Assembly: GCA_008632985.1 (NCBI GenBank)
Contig: QPGO01000005.1
Location: 495,863 to 515,862, forward strand
DNA: 20,000 nt
Source of the DNA: Psammoneis japonica
Taxonomy: Eukaryota
Direction: 5' to 3'
Position 1 is the stretch's first letter, and each line of letters begins with the position of its first letter. The position numbers were made by a program, and so were the translations under genes. The notes under the pieces were generated by a model. That model did no database searches, was not told the origin of the DNA, and saw only the letters and a program-made list of their open reading frames with translations. Shown piece after piece: positions 10,601 to 17,067 of this stretch.

Positions 10601-12871
10601 AGAGATTCGGTGACTGCCAAGAAGAACTTGTAGAGAAAGGAAGCAGTCAACGTCATTCGATAACGCTCCTGCCCACCGGGAGTGATGTCAGGCAGCTTCA
10701 TCTCCGCCAGCATCACCTTTCGGGCTTCCTTGAACGATTCCTGGCTGAAGGGCTTTCCGATCAAGAACTTTGCCGTCTCGCTGGCCATTATCGTTTTCGG
10801 CGCCATTCCGCCAAAAGCCATACGAATGTCGCCAACAACAAATGCACCGTCTTTGACTTGTAGGCGAATCCACATGCCTGCCGTGACGATGCTGTATAGA
10901 GATAAGAAAAACACTCGTCAGTAAATACAAAAAGAAGCGAGACTTCTGCAAATAACCGCGCACCTGATGTCATCTTCTCGTCGGCGAGCCTGCTTAAACG
11001 GCAACGCATACTCAAACTCAGTCTTGACAAGCGGAATCTCGATCTTTTCAACGAGTTCAGTCGGTTCCAAGTTCACCGTACGATACTTTAGGAAGAACTC
11101 CGACACTGGAACAACGCGCCGAACAATGGCTTTATTTTCTCCAATGGACGATAGAATGAGTTTGGCGTCCAGACATGCCAAGACGGGGTTCATGTCGGAG
11201 ATGGGACTTGCTGTCACCAAATTGCCTCCCAAACAAGCAACATTTCGAATTTGTGTGCCCGAGAAGAAGCGAAGCATGTCATGAATGATTCGGACCGTCT
11301 TGCTCAATTCCGGCGTGCTTGCAAGACTGTCACACTTGTGCTGGATTGTACTGAGGGATGTACAGGAACCAATCTCTAAATGAGTGGAAGTCACGTTGAA
11401 CGCAAAGAGCGGCTCAATCTTGTCGGAAGGGAAGAGTAAACGAGGGTACACGGCATGCTTGAACTTTGTTTCTGCGAGTAGAAAAACACGTGGCCGACCA
11501 ATATGAGAGATACTATCTGAACATGGCTACTGCAGAATCTGCGTAGAATAAATGTACGTACCGATACCGACTTCGGTGTTTCCAACAACAATTTTGCAAC
11601 CTCCTTGACCAGCTCCACCGAATTCAGAGAGCAACCCGAGTAACTCCTCAAGCGTCGTGGGCTTGAACCATGTACCACCGGCGTGGAAATCTGTCCGATC
11701 AACTACAACCAATGGCTTTGCAAGCTGTGTGTTTTCTTCCGACTCTGCATTCTTCAACTCGTCTGGAAACATGTTGTCTGGCTGCTTGAGCCATGTCGGG
11801 CTCTCCTTGACAAGTGTCTCTTTGTATTGTCTCATTTTGTCTTGAGAAGACGAAGAGCAAATCTTGCTACCACCATTCTCAATCTTTTTCTCTTCTTCTT
11901 GTTCCTTATCCTTGACGTTGCAATCCTCTGTGCATTCCTCCCGTTCTGGGCATTCGCGACAAGGGGTCCCACATGGTCCGCGAGTCGTCACTCCGTCGTC
12001 ATCACAAAGCGACCTTGCTGCATCCCAAATGGGACGGTACCCCGTACAGCGACACAGGTTACCGTCCAAATGCTCCTCGAGATAGGCAGGAGTGGGATTG
12101 TTGGCAAAGAGAGCATAAATTGCAACGATAATACCGGGAGTACAGAATCCTGTTGTAGGGCAAGTGCCCATACCGTAGCGAGTGAGTAAAAGCAAAGAAA
12201 GACGGTGCGCAGACAACGGTACTCAGAAAAAGAATGACACACACTCAAGCACATACCACACTGGGAACCGTGCATATCAACCATGGCTCGTTGAATAGGA
12301 TGGAGATTATCGCCCTTTACGGTTCCTACTCCCTCCACAGTTGTGATGTGACAGCCGTCAGCCGCAAGGACCGGCATGAGGCATGCATTCACCGACATGT
12401 GTCTACAAAAAATAAGAGGTCGAAAACTTGTGAGAGAAATGCTCTTAAACAGTACCCAGTCTACTCCGCTTCACGTTTTCTTACTTGATTGCGTCTCCGT
12501 CGCCCTTCTTTGACAGCATCACGGTACAAGCGCCGCAACCTCCCTCTGCACACCCGAGTTTGGAGCCCGTCAAATTCATTGTGTCTCTGAGAAACGAAAG
12601 AAGAGTTTGATTGGGACGCGCCTGTGACGCCAACTTGTCGGGGACTCGTGATCCATTGACAAACAAAATGGGGCTGGTGCGGTATCCTACAGGAGACAGA
12701 ACAGTAGAAGGTGTGGGTGTCAGCGTGTGTAATCGACAGAACTTTGATGAATCTAAACGAATCAATCAACCGTGGCTATGCAGTCTACGTAAGAAGCTTA
12801 CCTTTACTCAGGAACGATGGGAGAAGTTCCACATCTTTGTTCTCGTAGATGAGAGTGCCGTTCGGCGCCAT
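7688..12871 (-). CDS. XDH: Xanthine dehydrogenase, 1487 aa, 9 exons: 12871-12802, 12686-12485, 12402-12257, 12149-11562, 11471-10964, 10891-9816, 9732-9227, 9144-8624, 8534-7688
   Basis: All eight introns are GT-AG and phase-compatible; exons total 4464 nt. 2Fe-2S motifs [18 protein letters not shown] and [12 protein letters not shown]-domain motifs [19 protein letters not shown] and RREDDIS. Moco-domain motifs [32 protein letters not shown] and SSKAIGEPP. Residues equivalent to bovine Glu802, Arg880 and Glu1261 are present, which favours XDH over aldehyde oxidase. Confidence 0.97.
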
Positions 12872-13194
12872 GGTGTCAACTGTTCGACTGAAGCGCTCCT
12901 CCCGCCAAATCAACGGAAGTTGACAGGCATAAAGTAGGTAAGATCCTTTACGTCATGCCGTAGAAAAATACTATTGCCGTACGATACGTTGATCCAGTAC
13001 TTTTTGTTCGTGGCGTTGGCAGCAGTTTTTGAGTCGAATGGTTCGAATCGGCATTTGCATCCAATTCAGATTTCAGCGAAGATCTTGGATCTGGAAATGA
13101 GAACCCGAGCGATTGGCACGAATCGGCACTTCGGTCCACAACACCACAGTAAGACAAAAAGAACTCAAGAGTAGAAGCATTGAACAATAGCGCC
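12872..13194. promoter_or_regulatory. Short divergent intergenic region (323 bp), probable bidirectional promoter
   Basis: Lies between the XDH ATG (12871, minus) and the VOC gene ATG (13195, plus). Inferred from geometry only. Confidence 0.5.
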
Positions 13195-13987
13195 ATGATT
13201 GGATCTCTGGGCTTGAAGCATTCCTTCCAAAAATGTGCTCTTGTTGGGAGGCGGCTTGTCGTTCAGAGCGCGAGTTGTAAGTCGCCGTCGTTATTTTTGC
13301 GACACTTTGCAACCACATCGGAACGCCCGTTTACAATTCTCGGATTGCAGCAAGTTGCTGTTGGATCCTTGCAAAAGGAATCCTTATCGGATCTCTGGGA
13401 AGGAGTGTTTGGATTGACAAAGGTTGGAAGCTTCCAAAGTGAAAAAGAAAATGTGGATGAAGATATCTTGCGACTCGGTCCAGAAGGATCGCCTTATGCA
13501 GTTGAAGTGGATCTCATGACACCGATTGATGCCGAGAAAAGTCCAAAAGTATGTATTGAAGCATATTTATGTGTTTTGGTTGGACTGTGTCGTTATTATT
13601 GTTGACCGATTTCTGTCTCTGTCATACATTTCTTCGTCATTGATGTAGGTTCATTCACCGCCCTTGAATCACATTGGACTGTGGGTAGACGATTTGGAGG
13701 CGGCAGTTACCTGGATGGAAGATAATGGTATGTTTAGAGACACCTTTGTAAGATATGCTTCTTGCAGTTGAATTGTTCTTGGATTCTCATTCCTTGCTTC
13801 GTCTTCGTTCGTGTGTTTCTGCAAAGGCGTTCGGTTTACGCCCGGAGGCATCCGCAAAGGAGCTTCAGGTCATAATGTAACCTTTATTCATCCAAAAGGA
13901 AATGAAAAGGCTCCCATTGGAGGGGCAGGCGTGTTGATTGAGCTTGTACAAGCACCCAGCGATGTCATTCAAGAGCTCAAGAAGTAG
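13195..13987 (+). CDS. VOC/glyoxalase-superfamily protein, probable mitochondrial methylmalonyl-CoA epimerase; exons 13195-13548, 13649-13727, 13827-13987; 197 aa
   Basis: Spliced product contains [61 protein letters not shown] and GVLIELVQ. The N-terminus is R/S/K-rich and lacks acidic residues up to LRHFATT, like a mitochondrial presequence. Confidence 0.85.
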
Positions 13988-14309
13988 AATGGGTTGGAAC
14001 AAAGGATAGGCCCCTGCGAGAGCAACCTGGTTCTCTCTTGGGTTGTTATTAAAAAATTAGATTGCTTCTCATAGACAATACCGTCCATCCCTACTGTAGA
14101 CTGCGTTTCAATTCAGGGCGAGAGAGCACATTCACAATATTTGTGAGTCCTACATACAGTACGTGCTGGCAACTATTAATTATGCTTGAGAAAAGCGCGC
14201 TTGGCGAATGTTGCAGCTACTGTAAGCTTTCCCCACCAACCATTCTGTTTTGAAAAACCATAGCTTCTTTAGCGCTTGTGGACGTGGTAGGATGCCGTTT
14301 GCGCTAGTG

Positions 14310-14520
14310 AGTAGTCTCTAGGCTCTCCACACGCATAGCTCTCTCTAGCGAGTATGTTCCTAGAGAGTAGTAATAGGGCCCTCTCGACTCTAGAGTAGTA
14401 GCTACTACTCTCTACGGTCTAGCTCTCTAGCTAGAGAGCTCTACTCCTGAAGTACATAAGGTTTAGAGAGTACAATAGAGAGAGGTCTACAGTACCGGTA
14501 CCGTACCGTGCGGTACTCCC
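14310..14520. repeat. CTAG/AGAG/GTAC-rich low-complexity patch with two perfect 20-bp palindromes
   Basis: agagtagtagctactactct (14392-14411) and agctctctagctagagagct (14421-14440). GTACC repeats at about 14492-14516. Confidence 0.8.
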
Positions 14521-14578
14521 CAAAATAAAAGCGACGTTACGCCCACCCCACTCCCGGCTTGGGAGGTCTGTACCCACC

Positions 14579-14646
14579 CGTTCGCCGGCACGACTCGTTC
14601 GCCGGCACGACTCGTCCGTCGCCACGACTCATCCGCCGCCACGACT
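14579..14646 (+). repeat. GC-rich 17-bp minisatellite, 4 copies
   Basis: cgttcgccggcacgact x2, cgtccgtcgccacgact, catccgccgccacgact. Confidence 0.9.
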
Positions 14647-14670
14647 CTTGCCCATCGACCACCGCCGCCG

Positions 14671-14830
14671 TGAGGACGTGACACGCCTCATAATTGTTAT
14701 TATTTATTATTCGTTATTTATTATACAATACTGAATAAGATATATCATAATACTCTAATTAGGAAATGTAATACATACATTCAGTGTCTTATACTAACAC
14801 TCATAATGAACACGTGCTATCGACTCCTCA
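14671..14830. mobile_element. Candidate solo LTR or MITE-like 160-bp AT-rich insert
   Basis: Begins TGAGGA and ends TCCTCA (inverted termini, TG...CA). AT-rich interior in GC-rich flanks. CCG on both sides, but no 5-bp target-site duplication. Confidence 0.35.
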
Positions 14831-15042
14831 CCGCGTGTGACATTCGACATTTGCGAACCCCTCGATGTACTGTACTGTAAGACACTTGAAAAAGGCGGGA
14901 AAGAACACATAATCAAAAATTGAAATAATTGTTGCCACGAACCAAGGCACCTATTGCGTTCACATTGAACACATATCAGTCAAACTGTCGGTCTCTACCT
15001 CCACTCGCGGTCCTCATACATTAAAAGGGAATACATGAGAGC

Positions 15043-15576
15043 ATGATTGTTACCAATTTAAAAGAATTCGAGAAGCGATTTCCGTCGTGGAAGAATCTCA
15101 TTCAACTCGTTGCCCTCTCTGCAGTTATTCTCGGAGCGGGGGAATCTCTTCCTCTATTTTTGAAAGGTGTAGCGAATCTTACGCGCGAGAATATCCTGAA
15201 ACCCTTTGCATTTCCTGTACAAGAGAGTCCATTTAACTTGGGATTCCACAGTATCGTATCGAAGGACGATTTCTTCTTTGCAGTATTCGCAGGTCCCACT
15301 GAGAACGGATTTGATATTCATATCGCCAAAAGCTTTGATGCTGATATTTGGGAAGATGAAGAAATCATCCGGTACAAATTTGGCAATGCAAGCAAAGAGA
15401 ACCTGCCAAAGAGTCTCCGTGTCGGATGGGATGACACCGAACCAAGCGAGGAGCGCCTCAAGATTGTGTGGGGACAAGGCGATGCTGAGTTTACGATTGT
15501 TGGGTCCTTCGATCAGAAAGGAAAATGGAGTGGTTCCCATGCGGTGAATATTGTCCCATGGTCCGACACTCGCTGA
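15043..15576 (+). CDS. Hypothetical protein (177 aa), intronless
   Basis: ATG ORF with natural composition and an N-proximal hydrophobic stretch (LIQLVALSAVILGAG). No family recognised. Confidence 0.55.
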   Translation: MIVTNLKEFEKRFPSWKNLIQLVALSAVILGAGESLPLFLKGVANLTRENILKPFAFPVQESPFNLGFHSIVSKDDFFFAVFAGPTENGFDIHIAKSFDADIWEDEEIIRYKFGNASKENLPKSLRVGWDDTEPSEERLKIVWGQGDAEFTIVGSFDQKGKWSGSHAVNIVPWSDTR

Positions 15577-15754
15577 GAAGAAAAGCTTTATACATGTTTT
15601 CAGGGACGATTCGTCCCTTGTCGCATAATACATGATGAGAACTCGCGTGCGTTATAGGCTGTAGTACTTAGAGTACATCATGCCGCACGTATTAGTATCA
15701 GCACTTGATGTTTAAAAACTACAATAAGTTGTACCAACTTTAAAAGCTGCGCAT

Positions 15755-16580
15755 TTAGATCCCAGGCGTTGGCTGGCAGTGAAACGGTGTTGGACAGGCT
15801 GCGATCTTAGGAACCACCATCTTTGCAATTTGGGTTCCTTTATCTGGGTGGCATGCCTGACACAATCCCAAATCTCCTGCAACGCTCAAAAAGATAAAGG
15901 CATCTTCTGGTGTAAAGCCCCACTGATTCACCAACAGTTTCTGCGCCTCTTCGCAGGCCACGACGGTAGCTTGTGGAATATCGGTGACGGTCACTCCATG
16001 TGTTGCCCAGTGTGTTCGCGTTTCCGTTACAGGGAACTGAACACCGGCACCCTTTATATCTGCAGCCTTTAGAATACTACAGCCGAGCAGAACGTCCCCT
16101 CCAACCTCGACGCCTGTTCCACTAATCTCGCCATCACCCTGTGACGCATGCATGTCGCCTAAACTTAGCAACGCTCCAGCATGTCGTACAGGGAGATGCA
16201 GGACACTCCCAATCGTATTCATTTTGTTATCAAGGTTTCCACCATGCCTTCCAGCGGGCATGGTGGGGACGCTGTCATCGCCCTCGGGTGCAACTCCTAC
16301 AACACCAAGCATGGGACTCGCTGGAAAGGATATCTCGGCTTTGATAGGCTTGGTTTCGTTTGCATTTCGTTGCATGGCAACCTTCCCATTCTCGATTGAA
16401 AAGAACCGTGTAAAGCCATTTTCGCATGTATGACAAAGCTGTCCAGACGATGGACCACACATGGCAACTCCAGTGTCGCTGGGACAAATATTGAGAAACT
16501 TTACCGACAGCACGTCGCCAGGTTTTGCACCCTTGACAAAGATTGGACCAGTAACAGGGTTCATTTCGTCGCGATCAACT
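15755..16580 (-). pseudogene. Acetamidase/formamidase-family (FmdA/AmdA) gene, 5' end missing or displaced by the LTR element
   Basis: Motifs NPVTGPIFVKGAKPGDVL, PMLGVVGVAP, HGGNLD and LSLGDMHASQGDGEISGTGVE. The frame closes at TGA 16646-16648, with no ATG upstream of the internal Met at 16564 and no N-terminal segment carrying the usual (E/D)TxD-type motif. Confidence 0.8.
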
Positions 16581-16581
16581 G

Positions 16582-16885
16582 TGTTTGAAGGTGACGACGA
16601 GTCACGAGTCAACAACCGAGTCTGATTCACGGATGACGCTCCCGGTCATGGATCTCTTCTTCCGGAAGAAATGTCCGTTGAGTCTTATAGCGATAGTAAT
16701 CGGAGTGACACACACGACCGTTAGGTCATAATGTCATCTCCAATCCCTCGTGAGATCTTCTCACAATTCGTATCTTTAGCGTATCTTATTGTCCCAAAAC
16801 CCACTTCTTATCATCCTCTGTTGTATTGTACAACCTCAAGAGAGTCCTGAACTCTCCATCCTACACAGTGTATTGTTGTATCCCA
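16582..16885 (+). repeat. Putative 5' LTR (about 300 bp)
   Basis: Several TG starts (16580/16582/16586/16592) where the amidase homology ends. Ends ...tatccCA at 16885, 3 nt before the PBS-like motif. The 3' LTR is outside the window, so this cannot be confirmed here. Confidence 0.5.
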
Positions 16886-16888
16886 AGT

Positions 16889-16900
16889 GGTTACGACCCC
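16889..16900 (+). other. Putative primer-binding site
   Basis: GGTTACGACCCC is a 10/12 match to GGTTATGAGCCC, the complement of the initiator tRNA-Met anticodon arm used by copia-type half-tRNA priming. Confidence 0.5.
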
Positions 16901-17067
16901 AATCCACGCACCGGTGTCAACTCGTGACGGAGTTGCTGCCACTCGTTCGTCTCGTTACAGACGACATCCTGTCCAACGGCGATCTTCTGTGTCGCAATCC
17001 AACGGCGATCATCTATATCGCAATCCCTACCCACTAATCGATCCTCTGTGTCGAATCATCCATAACC

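Noticed and set aside
7882..12937. Numerous short antisense and alternative-frame ORFs, and the separate XDH fragments
   Set aside because: All are shadows or exon pieces of the single spliced XDH gene.
14579..14646. Possible CRISPR-like array
   Set aside because: The repeats are contiguous with no unique spacers, there are no cas genes, and the context is eukaryotic.
15602..15618. Hairpin AGGGACGA-T-TCGTCCCT after the 177-aa ORF as a terminator or Helitron end
   Set aside because: No U-tract, no CTRR terminus at the expected distance, and a eukaryotic locus; an 8-bp stem can arise by chance.
16581..16630. GTG-initiated N-terminus (MNQTRLLTRD...) of the 291-aa amidase ORF
   Set aside because: Non-ATG start in a eukaryote, and the sequence most likely belongs to the LTR rather than the gene.
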